64,000 bases of DNA, from contig CAXTYC010000026.1 of NCBI GenBank assembly GCA_964248365.1, positions 1-64,000 on the forward strand, written 5' to 3'. The stretch comes from an uncultured Chroococcidiopsis sp. GTDB taxonomy: Bacteria > Cyanobacteriota > Cyanobacteriia > Cyanobacteriales > Chroococcidiopsidaceae. Below, piece after piece: positions 1 to 8,829 of the stretch (positions are counted from its first letter, which is position 1; each line of letters opens with the position of its first letter). The translations under genes and the position numbers were made by a program. The notes under the pieces are model-generated. The model did no database searches, was not told the DNA's origin, and saw nothing but the letters and a program-made list of their open reading frames with translations.

Positions 1-55
1 GCTCTCAACGAGTGCAATTGTTGCGCTTACAGGTTGGTCATACATTCTGGATGCC

Positions 56-160
56 TTAAATAAACGTACTGAAAATAGTGCATAATTTTTCGGAAATAGT
101 ATTACACTCAGGACATTGCATCAAAATCATTCTCAATTCATATCTTAATTATGCAACGCC
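56..160 (-). mobile_element. IS1-family remnant (terminal sequence plus start of an InsA-like ORF)
   Basis: Minus strand starts GGCGTTGCATAATT at 160. ATG at 121 gives MQCPECN, resembling the zinc-finger start of cyanobacterial IS1 InsA. The ORF degenerates immediately. Confidence 0.4.
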
Positions 161-364
161 GTATTTTGAATAATTTGCGTCTAATTGTACAACCAAAGAT
201 ATTTTTATGCTTAATATCTCCTAGGCTCGAAGTCTTTCCCATTCCTAATTTAGTCAAAGGCTTTTTAGTTTTAATCGGAATTCTGAATCAGTTTAAGCCT
301 TATCTTCCTGACGGATCAAACGACACTTCGCTACTTTTTACTTTCGGAGAGTGACAAAAAAGGG

Positions 365-805
365 TAATACCAATTTAATAAGAAGGTGCATAAAATAAAG
401 CTTCGAGAATAAAATCGTAAGATGAGAGTGAACTGATTTGCGCAGGTGTGATTTGGTCTAGCACCTGCTGTAATCGTTCTCGCAACTGCTCGAGTGTGGG
501 AAAGACTTTTCCCTTGAGTTGCTGTTTGATGAATTGCCAGACGCGCTCGATAGGATTGAGTTCAGGGCTATGAGCAGGTTGAGCGATAGGAATCAAGTTT
601 TCTGGCCAATGCAATGCTGCCGTAATATGAGCACCAGACTGGTCGAGTTGGAGCACGGCACTCTCCTCACCGAGTTGTCTGGAGAGGGCATCGATGAACT
701 GCTGGAAGCCTGCGGTATTGAGTTGAGCATACTCCTGATAAAAGTGCCAACCGCTCAAGGGTTCAACCACCCCGTAGAGCCAAAAGTTATCCTTCTGCCA
801 CTGAG
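365..805 (-). mobile_element. IS630-family transposase 3' half (DDE_3) with its terminal end
   Basis: Motifs NFWLYGVVEPLSG, LQLDQSGAH and PAHSPELNPIERVW. An IS630-like end (TAATACCAATT at 365-375 on +) follows the stop. Confidence 0.85.
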
Positions 806-1046
806 GTACTATGGATACTTTTGCTTCAGCCAGAGCGATCGCATCAGTTAATAGATTTTGCCCGACCTCCTGGGAAAATACCTGCTTTTGTACCATCTTC
901 TCCACCCGTTTACTTAACTCATGGCAAGTCTCTTCCCAAGCCATCTGTGCCATGTATAGTTCTAGCTCTGGATGAACGATTAACTCTCGTCCCCGCTTGC
1001 GGATTAGCTCAGCTACCAGAATATTCGCATCAACGACTAAGCGCAT
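375..1046 (-). pseudogene. Chimeric ORF: N-terminal ~82 aa of a PIN-domain toxin fused in frame to the IS630 transposase C-terminus
   Basis: MRLVVDANILVAEL is a PIN N-terminal motif. The sequence switches to transposase at IVPQ/WQKDNFWLY. The ORF starts 1 nt after the antitoxin stop. Confidence 0.8.
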
Positions 1047-1047
1047 A

Positions 1048-1293
1048 CTATTCGGGTTGAGACAAGTCTAAAGCTTGGCTGAGTTTTTCTTCATCCCAAC
1101 CGCTCTGTTGCAATGCAGATTCCACTGTTTGCGAAAGTCGCATCAATGCTGCTATTTCTTCCCCTTCATCTGATTCTCTGACTGGAACATAAAATCCTAC
1201 TATCTTGCCGTGACGTTTCACCGCGATCGCTTCATGACTGGCTAGATAATGAGAAGCCTTGTCCCTAAACTCCCGTATGCCTACGCTTTTCAT
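1048..1293 (-). CDS. Phd/YefM-family antitoxin
   Basis: MKSVGIREFRDKASHYL...IAVKRHGKIVG is a Phd-like N-terminus, directly upstream of the PIN ORF. Confidence 0.8.
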   Translation of the reverse strand: MKSVGIREFRDKASHYLASHEAIAVKRHGKIVGFYVPVRESDEGEEIAALMRLSQTVESALQQSGWDEEKLSQALDLSQPE

Positions 1294-1309
1294 TTTGACT
1301 CCTAAAAAG

Positions 1310-1327
1310 TGGTCACTATATGGTCAC
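1310..1327 (-). promoter_or_regulatory. Candidate TA operator: two TGGTCAC direct repeats 11 bp apart
   Basis: TGGTCAC at 1310-1316 and 1321-1327, just upstream of the antitoxin start. Confidence 0.4.
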
Positions 1328-1359
1328 ATTTTATCATGATTCTGTAACCGCTGTGCCAT

Positions 1360-1948
1360 TCAGGTATAACGCTTAGTGTCTTTCACCTGCCCCACTGCTA
1401 GACCAATGGCTTTAGCTGGTCCCACCAGAATAGCTAACTGTTTGGCACGGGTCAGACCTGTGTACAACAAATTACGCGATAGCATCATGTAATGCTGCAT
1501 ATATAAAGGTAGAATCACCACTAGAAATTCGCTGCCCTGGCTTTTATGTATGGTTGTAGCAAATGCTAATGTAATTTCATTTAAATCTGCATAATCGTAA
1601 GCAACTCTTCGCTCTTGGTACTGCACCGTTACTTCCTGCTCCTCCAAGTCAATGGCAGCAATGGTTCCCAAGTCACCATTAAAAACTTCTCGGTCGTAAT
1701 CATTCACCTGCCCAATCACGCGATCACCTACTCGCAGTACAATAGAGCCAGACTTAATCTCAGCTTTGCTAGCAACTGGAGGATTAATCAAAGCCTGCAA
1801 AACGCCGTTGAGGTGGCGCGTCCCTACTTCTCCCCTGGTCATGGGACACAACACTTGTACGTCCCTTGCAGGGTCAAACCCTAACTGTGGGATTAGCTCG
1901 GCAATTAGTTGTTGAATTCCTTGGACACCGTGTTGTGGTTCGGGTGCA
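1360..1948 (-). pseudogene. recD2: C-terminal fragment of a RecD2-like helicase, 5'-truncated by an IS remnant
   Basis: Motifs DVQVLCPM, VFNGDLG, AFATTIHKSQGSEF and LLYTGLTRAK. The frame stays open to ~1948 (APEPQHGV), where it abuts transposase sequence. Confidence 0.85.
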
Positions 1949-1949
1949 T

Positions 1950-2684
1950 TTGTTCACGGCAATAAGTTCAAGCTCAATGACCCAACTTCATGGTGGCACC
2001 CCAACCAAATATTAGAGGTCAACGACTCAAAAATGGGGCGTATTGAGGTGCGCCTGTGGTGCAATCTTCACTTCCAACAGTCTGCCAAACACTCAATGCA
2101 TCTGCTAAGAGTTGAGCGATTGGATGGACTTGATAAACGAAAATTTAAACCCTGATGGTTGATTTGGGTGGGTCAGGATATACCTGAAGTATCTCAAATT
2201 TGGCATCAATATTTACGTCGCTTTGTCATCGATCATTGATATCGCTTTATTAAGCAACGTTTGCATTGGACTTTACCCCATTTCTCCACTCCAGAACAAT
2301 CTGAACGATGGAGTGATTTCATGCCTGTGCTTACTTGGCAGTTATGGTTGGCTCGCATATGTGGACCTGATTGTCCTCTCCCCTGGCAACAGACCTCTAA
2401 CCAAGCTCTGCCGCCTGGCCGAGTCGCTAATTCATTTGCTGCTATTTTAGCCAGGATTGGAACACCTGCTACTGACCCCAAACCCCGTAGAAAGTCTTCA
2501 GGTTGGACACAGGGGCAACCCCGCTTCCGTAGAATTCTTTATCCGACTGTCAAAAAAGGTACTGCTAAACCCAAAAAACAACTGTCAAAGTCGGCTTGAC
2601 CAGTTGATTTTTTTGTTTGGATCTGCTTAGCTCATCAACTCAGTGTTCCTGAGTGGTTTTGTCATGCGGTAGTCTAAACTCGAG
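1950..2684 (+). mobile_element. Decayed IS701-like (NF041680-type) transposase 3' part with terminal end
   Basis: Reads HGNKFKLNDP...YLRRFVIDH*YRFIKQRLHWTLP...PKPRRKSSGW with in-frame TGA at 2153 and 2237. Ends TAGTCTAAACTCGAG (2670-2684). Confidence 0.75.
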
Positions 2685-2740
2685 CTAAAAGAGGGTAATC
2701 GTGAAATTATAGAAAAAGAGGCGTGTGTGGTCAGGACCTG

Positions 2741-2816
2741 AAATAAAGCGGGGCTTCATCGATTAATCTACATTCCTCCTCGACTAATCGTTCCCAAAAT
2801 AAGCCCCGCTTTATTT
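2741..2816. repeat. 16-bp perfect inverted repeat (hairpin or MITE-like)
   Basis: AAATAAAGCGGGGCTT (2741-2756) pairs with AAGCCCCGCTTTATTT (2801-2816). Confidence 0.7.
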
Positions 2817-3048
2817 GTCTTTGCCAAATTCCTTATCCTCAAATGCGGTTAACGTTTGGACTGGTGATAAAGAGCTGATGGTGGGCAAAAAAGTTGCCGT
2901 ATTTGCAATTAATCTTGCTTGTTGATCAAGGGGCGGCAACTTTTTTGCGCCCGATTGCCCAATTTTCTTGTGTTTTCGCCCAAGGGTACGCACCAGTTAT
3001 CTCTCATCCTCTGCGTTACTGTGCGTTGAAAACTCTAACCCAATGCTA

Positions 3049-3510
3049 CTACTTTGCAGCGGCAACAGTAACGTTATAACTCAGCACAAATGGTTTGAAA
3101 CTCGCCCCAGCTTTGGGTTTTCCTATTAACTCCAGTTGATATCTACCTGTTTTAGGAAAGGTAATAATTGCACCCGCAATATCTTTATATCCTTGCGTTG
3201 ATATTGCTTTAAGTTCTGGTTTTAAAAGTGGTGGGGAATGTTTGGCGCTAGGTTCCGAGTAGACAGATAGTTGACAGTTGCATTGCCCAAATGGTATAGC
3301 TTGCCCACCTTTACGAGTTAAGGCAATCCAGGTTAATGCTGCTTTCCCAGCGAGTGGTGTGTCGTCGGGTTCAATATGTAAAGTACCGCCTACATCTCCA
3401 GAAACTTGAATTTTATGGGCAGATGCTGGGGCAATAGTTGTTACTGTTGCAGCTAGCAAGCACAGTAATAGCCATTTAGTCTTTTTAGCGGGACTTGTAA
3501 GGGGGAACAT
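3049..3510 (-). CDS. Secreted hypothetical protein, possibly metal-binding
   Basis: Signal peptide ending ASA-H; motif GGTLHIEPDD; overlaps the upstream gene. Confidence 0.7.
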   Translation of the reverse strand: MFPLTSPAKKTKWLLLCLLAATVTTIAPASAHKIQVSGDVGGTLHIEPDDTPLAGKAALTWIALTRKGGQAIPFGQCNCQLSVYSEPSAKHSPPLLKPELKAISTQGYKDIAGAIITFPKTGRYQLELIGKPKAGASFKPFVLSYNVTVAAAK

Positions 3511-4711
3511 AGTATTTTCCTAAAGACAAGATTGACCAAAACAAAGGCGATCGCACCAATAATACAGCTAGCACCGCTATTCCTAGTAGTACTGTCCATA
3601 ACTGGTTACTCGAATTTTCTTCCCCAGCACCCAGGTAATGAGAACCAAGCAACGCAGCATGAATCGCTGTTAAAATTACAGCTGGCACTCCCAGCAGATG
3701 AATTTGTCGCCAACGCTTGCCTAAGTAAGTTTGGATGCGATCGAAACTAGTCAAAGCAGCAGGCATCATTAATACTACTGCCAAGAAACCTGCTACCATA
3801 CCCCATTGATGCATCGGTAACATAAAAGCGATCGCGTCGTAGTTCCAATTAAGGGTATGATCCATCATATGGGCGGTGTGAGCCAAAGCCAACACAAACG
3901 CCCCCACTCCCAAGGCGCGGCGGTATTTTAGCGGTGACGACCACAAGCGGCTGATGGGACGAGCGATCAGTGCTAGCATTAAGCACAGTAACGCCCCATG
4001 CCCTGTATAGTCTACCATAGTGTCACCAGTTCGCAGCAGGGTGGTTATGCCTATCGTAATGGTTATCCAGCCGCCCAAGCGAAATAATTGACTACGGCGA
4101 TCGCTACTCACCAACGATGTAGACACACCCACCCCTAGCATAGTGGGCAGCGTTCCTAATCCAAAAGCTAGCATAGTTGCTGCTCCCCGCCAAAGATTAC
4201 CCGATTCGGCAGCTTTAATTTGGGCAGCATACAAAAACCCGCAGGGAATCAAACCCCAAACTAACCCTAATCCAGCTGGTGTCCACCAGCGACTTTGCAG
4301 TGATAGTTTTACCATGCCTGCACTCAGTCGCTTGTGTAAACCACCCCCAGTTAACGGGTGCACAATTGGCAGACGGGGGAGAAAGTCGGGTTTGAGCTGT
4401 CCTAACCCGAACCAAATCAGCATCACCCCTGTCAGAATAGCCATACTCCGGCGCAGTTCACTGCCTATCCCTGCCATTTGTCCGCTAGCAACTAACACAG
4501 AACCTAGCGCCCCAATCCCTGCCCCAACTAGGACATAACTAATTATTCGCCCTAGATTGAGCAGGGTATGAAAATATAGTTGCTGCTGCCATTTGGGAGT
4601 TTCCTGCTGATGGGAAAGCGAAAACGCTACTGTAAGCGGGCTACACATCCCAACACAGTGACCAAAACTCCCCAGAAAACCTAGAGTGACAATTAGCAAT
4701 AGGTCTAGCAT
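3485..4711 (-). CDS. DsbD_2/TauE-like (UreH-type) membrane protein fused to a ferric-reductase-like transmembrane domain
   Basis: N-terminal motifs GFLGSFGHCVGMC, GLIPCG and FGLGTLP. The C-terminal region has RRALG and His residues in TM helices. Confidence 0.8.
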   Translation of the reverse strand: MLDLLLIVTLGFLGSFGHCVGMCSPLTVAFSLSHQQETPKWQQQLYFHTLLNLGRIISYVLVGAGIGALGSVLVASGQMAGIGSELRRSMAILTGVMLIWFGLGQLKPDFLPRLPIVHPLTGGGLHKRLSAGMVKLSLQSRWWTPAGLGLVWGLIPCGFLYAAQIKAAESGNLWRGAATMLAFGLGTLPTMLGVGVSTSLVSSDRRSQLFRLGGWITITIGITTLLRTGDTMVDYTGHGALLCLMLALIARPISRLWSSPLKYRRALGVGAFVLALAHTAHMMDHTLNWNYDAIAFMLPMHQWGMVAGFLAVVLMMPAALTSFDRIQTYLGKRWRQIHLLGVPAVILTAIHAALLGSHYLGAGEENSSNQLWTVLLGIAVLAVLLVRSPLFWSILSLGKYYVPPYKSR

Positions 4712-4774
4712 CAGTTAATAATATTTAATAAGTAATAATTGATAAATTTCATCACTCAAATAGAATTGCTATAA

Positions 4775-5245
4775 TTAGTTACCAGGTGCAGGTAATTCGA
4801 CAATTTTAGTATCTTGAATCATTTTTCCATTATGAGCCAAAGTTTCATGACTGTTGGCATTTAAACTAACAGTAATCTCATTTTTACCAGGTTGAAGATT
4901 TTCAAGATAGTACCAACCATACAAGCGAGTGATTTTTTTGCCATTTACGTAAAGATGGGCGTGACCTTCTCCAGGTTTAGCTGCCTCGTTAATATGTTCT
5001 GGCGCAAATTTGAAATTAGAAACTTTCGCTTGCAAGTTGTATCCTTTCATCGAATCTTTATGCACAAATAAGTCAACTGAGGGAATGGGTTGACCTGCTG
5101 GAATTTCCATTGTTTTGTGATGATGAAAGATTTCACTACCCTCCTGGCGCTCATCAGCTACTATCTTTTGAGAGCTAGCAATTCCCATACTACCAGCAGC
5201 GATGCAAAGTAGAGTTGTGGATACTAATAATAGTTTTTTGAACAT
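4775..5245 (-). CDS. His-rich periplasmic hypothetical protein
   Basis: Signal peptide; FHHHK, GEGHAHLYVNG and LNANSH motifs. Confidence 0.75.
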   Translation of the reverse strand: MFKKLLLVSTTLLCIAAGSMGIASSQKIVADERQEGSEIFHHHKTMEIPAGQPIPSVDLFVHKDSMKGYNLQAKVSNFKFAPEHINEAAKPGEGHAHLYVNGKKITRLYGWYYLENLQPGKNEITVSLNANSHETLAHNGKMIQDTKIVELPAPGN

Positions 5246-5398
5246 TCTGATTAATAGCAGCTTTTTTATATTGCATCTGACAATTTAAGTCAAGTTGCTG
5301 TCTGTGTCAAAAGACAAGCTGTCATAGTTAGCGCCTTATCTTTTATGTCGGGCTATGTTTGAAAATATGGTGGGGATACACAGGTAATTACAAAAAAC

Positions 5399-6415
5399 AT
5401 GAAAAAATTGCTTGGGCTAGCATTGTTGGTGTTAATATTACTTGGCACACTCAACAGCAAGTTTTTTGGACAGCCTCGATCGCCCAAGGTGGGGCAGGAA
5501 ATCTCATCTGTACAAGAGTCAAAAGCCAGATCTGAGGTAACAAAAACTAAGCCATTTGTCAATATTTCAAAGGTATCAACTCAAAAGTTGTTGGCACACG
5601 TTCGGGCTTTGAATTATAGACGTTATACAGAAAATGAACGCGATCGCACCCGCACTTACCTGATAAAATCTCTCAAACAATTAGGCTGGAAACCAGAACG
5701 ACAAGCGTTTGAGGGTGGCGTAAATATCTTTGCCCAGCGACAAGGTACTGATCCAAAAGCTGGTTCAATTCTTGTAGCAGCACACTATGACACTGTACCA
5801 ACTTCGCCTGGTGCTGATGACAACGCTACTGGGGTGGCTGTAGTTTTGGAAGTTGCCCGTCTGTTGGGTTCGCACCCTACGACACGCACTTTACAGTTAG
5901 CCTTTTTTGATCGAGAAGAACTAGGGCTTTTGGGTAGTAGGGCTTTTGTGGCAAATGAGAAGCATTTAGAAAACCTACAAGCAGTCATCGTACTGGATAT
6001 GGTGGGTTTTGCTTGCCATACCGCAGGATGTCAGAAATATCCGCCCATGCCTATTGTACCACCTTCTGACAAAGGAGACTTTCTAGCAGTAGTAGGCGAC
6101 ATGGAACACGCACAATTACTTGATGCTTTTCAACCGTCTGGGCAAGAAAATTTACCACTCGTGTTAACTTTACCAGTTCCTCTTAAAGGTATGTTGATGC
6201 CTGATGTGCTACGCAGCGATCATGCACCGTTTTGGTATCAAGGAAAAGCGGCAGTGCTGTTAACTGATACGGCAAATCTGCGTACACCGCATTATCATCA
6301 ACCGAGTGATAAAGTAGCAACTCTAGACAAGTCTTTTTTTACCGGATCTGCTCAGATTGTAGTTAATGCTGCTACTAAGTTGTTAAATTCGCCTTTGCCA
6401 AAAGCATCGCTTTGA
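5399..6415 (+). CDS. M28-family peptidase
   Basis: Motifs AHYDT, GADDNATG, FDREELG, LDMVG, RSDH and YHQPSD. Confidence 0.9.
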   Translation: MKKLLGLALLVLILLGTLNSKFFGQPRSPKVGQEISSVQESKARSEVTKTKPFVNISKVSTQKLLAHVRALNYRRYTENERDRTRTYLIKSLKQLGWKPERQAFEGGVNIFAQRQGTDPKAGSILVAAHYDTVPTSPGADDNATGVAVVLEVARLLGSHPTTRTLQLAFFDREELGLLGSRAFVANEKHLENLQAVIVLDMVGFACHTAGCQKYPPMPIVPPSDKGDFLAVVGDMEHAQLLDAFQPSGQENLPLVLTLPVPLKGMLMPDVLRSDHAPFWYQGKAAVLLTDTANLRTPHYHQPSDKVATLDKSFFTGSAQIVVNAATKLLNSPLPKASL

Positions 6416-6650
6416 TCAGTTACCAGTTAAGAGAAGAGGGGAATTAAATATTCCGCTATTCCACTGTTCGACTTCATACTTCATACAACGGAAGCAGACG
6501 GAATATATTGCGTCTCTACATACTTCATACTTTCCCCTAATTGCCCTTAACCTCTAATGACAGTATTGCCATTGGCGATTGCAACGGGGCGATCGCAGGA
6601 GAAACTAAGCCTTGGTTTCCTGATGAGTTTCTATTTTTCGTAACTGATTT

Positions 6651-7190
6651 TCAAAGGAAATTTAATAACTGCTTTGCTCTTTTCAATCGGTATTAATAAA
6701 CAGGCGAGGAACGAATATCCTACTCTAATTGAGCAACGATCTCATCTAAAATCAAGATGTTAGCATCGGCTCGTTTGCAGATTTCCTGCACCTTAGCTGC
6801 TCTTTCTTTAACCTTCTCAATATCAGGAGGTTGCGGTTTGTCAGTCATAATATGTTCCAATCTTGTTTGATTTCTTGTGTACTTGCTGGTAAGGCTTCTG
6901 CTGTAGCCTCTGCCTCTTGGATTGAACGCGCTAGTAAATCCAGCATAGCAGTAGTAGCTCAAGGTTTGAGCTTCTGCAATCTGTCGCAATAGTCTGTAAA
7001 ACCTTGTGTAATAGATATCTGCTCGTTCTTTAATATTCTGGAGTTGCTCTAAGTCAATCATCGTTGCCTCTGTTTCGCCATACTGTTCTAAAATCAAGAA
7101 GTCTAATGCCGCTGGTTGATTAATGATTGCCAGCAGTCGTCGCTGCAAGTTTAAAACAGTGGTTATTGTTTCTTCTGGTAATTAAGCCAT
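6651..7190 (-). pseudogene. Decayed pair of small helical hypothetical genes
   Basis: Starts ATG-GCT-TAA (stop at codon 3), then LPEETITT. A frameshift near 6960 is followed in another frame by ATTAMLDLLARS...QDWNIL*. The overlapping second gene MTDKPQ has internal stops. Confidence 0.6.
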
Positions 7191-7209
7191 TTAAGCAAGT
7201 GTCTAACGT

Positions 7210-8652
7210 CTATTGCACTAACTCTTGGCACAGTAGTCTAAAGCGATCGCCTCTTTGCTCGAAGTTCTGGTATTGATCGAAACTGGCACAAGCTGGAGAC
7301 AGCAAGACAATCCGCGCTTGATACTGTTTAGCTAACTCGGCGGCTTTGGGTACGGCTCGTTCCATTGTTTCTACAATCTCATAATTAGAATAATTAGCCT
7401 GCTTTAATCGTTGGGCAAAAGTTGGTGCTGCATCGCCAATGAGTAAAACAGCTGCGGCTTTGGCTTGAATTGTTTGTATCCAACTGCTGTCATCTCCGGC
7501 TTTGGCTTCACCCCCAGCAATCAAAATTGTTGAACTATCAACCGAGGCTAACCCAACCAAGGCAGCATCGTAGTTAGTGGCTTTGCTGTCGTTGATAAAA
7601 TCAATTCCTTGCCATGTGCAGATGTGTTCTAGACGATGGGGAACACCAGGGAAATTCGTAATAGCTAGGGCGATCGCCTCTTTTTCAATTCCTGCTAACC
7701 TAGCCGCCGCTACAGCCATCAGCAGATTTTGCTGATTGTGTTCTCCCGCCATTCGCAAAGCCGAAACCTTGACAATCTGCTCGTTCTGTGCATATACCCA
7801 GTCATCTTGAATGTAAACTCCTTTATCTGGGTTGCCGAGCAAATGAGCTTTCCCTTTCACACTCGTCCAACAAGCCTTCCTCCATTCATCTACACCTTTT
7901 TGGTGCAAAAAAGCGTCATCGCCATTGATGATTTGTTGTTCTGACTGGTTGATGAGATGGGCTTTAATTTGGTAGTAACGCTCTAAAGTACCGTGACGAC
8001 TGAGGTGATCGGGTGTAAATGTTGTCCAAACTCCGATGCGTGGGGCAATGGAACCAGAAGACTCAATTTGATAGCTACTAATTTCAGCGATTACCCAATC
8101 AAGGGAATTTTGGATTTTAGATTTTGGATTTTGGATTGTTAACTGTTGACTGGTGAGTGCAATCTCTTTGCCTCTAGCCTCTAGCCTCTCGCCTCTCACC
8201 TCCAAAGCTAATTCACAAGCAGCGTAGCCAATGTTCCCACAGGCGGGGGCGTGAAGTCCAGCGGTTTGAAAAATTGCAGCAGTTAAGGCTGTAGTGGTGG
8301 TTTTTCCGTTTGTGCCTGTAATTCCTACCCAAGGAACAGCGTTGAGATGTCGCCAAGCTAGTTCCATTTCACCAATTGTCTCTATACCCAATTGTCTGGC
8401 ACGGATTAATACAGGTGCATCCCAAGGTACGCCTGGACTAACAACAATCAATTGGGGTAAATTTGAGCTATCGAAATTAGGGGTGTTACCCAAATTAACG
8501 GTAATTCCGTCCTGTTGTAGTTCTTGTTGTTGTTGGTGTAAGGATGGCTCGTCAGAGCGATCGCTCACTATCACTTCCCAGCCATCCTGTTTTAGCAGTC
8601 TTGCCGCCGCAACACCTGATTTTCCTAATCCGATTACATATGAATTGGGCAT
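7210..8652 (-). CDS. murD: UDP-N-acetylmuramoyl-L-alanine--D-glutamate ligase
   Basis: Motifs [29 protein letters not shown] and [11 protein letters not shown]. Confidence 0.97.
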   Translation of the reverse strand: MPNSYVIGLGKSGVAAARLLKQDGWEVIVSDRSDEPSLHQQQQELQQDGITVNLGNTPNFDSSNLPQLIVVSPGVPWDAPVLIRARQLGIETIGEMELAWRHLNAVPWVGITGTNGKTTTTALTAAIFQTAGLHAPACGNIGYAACELALEVRGERLEARGKEIALTSQQLTIQNPKSKIQNSLDWVIAEISSYQIESSGSIAPRIGVWTTFTPDHLSRHGTLERYYQIKAHLINQSEQQIINGDDAFLHQKGVDEWRKACWTSVKGKAHLLGNPDKGVYIQDDWVYAQNEQIVKVSALRMAGEHNQQNLLMAVAAARLAGIEKEAIALAITNFPGVPHRLEHICTWQGIDFINDSKATNYDAALVGLASVDSSTILIAGGEAKAGDDSSWIQTIQAKAAAVLLIGDAAPTFAQRLKQANYSNYEIVETMERAVPKAAELAKQYQARIVLLSPACASFDQYQNFEQRGDRFRLLCQELVQ

Positions 8653-8754
8653 AGATCAATTGGCACAAGTCTCTAATTAAGCATCCTATATAGTACTGGG
8701 TTGCTCTTACTTTGCCAATTTAAGATTATTTTTTTCAACGCAAAAGGAAGCAGT

Positions 8755-8816
8755 CAGAGCGGGTTTAATCGAAATATCTAGGGCAAAACAGACAATTTTG
8801 AAAAACCCGCCCCTAG
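8755..8816. repeat. ~62-bp palindromic REP-like element (GGGCGGGTTT...AAACCCGCCC family)
   Basis: GCGGGTTT...AAACCCGCCCCTAG; related copies at 26144, 31629, 42347 and 62479. Confidence 0.7.
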
Positions 8817-8829
8817 CGAAAAATCTGTT

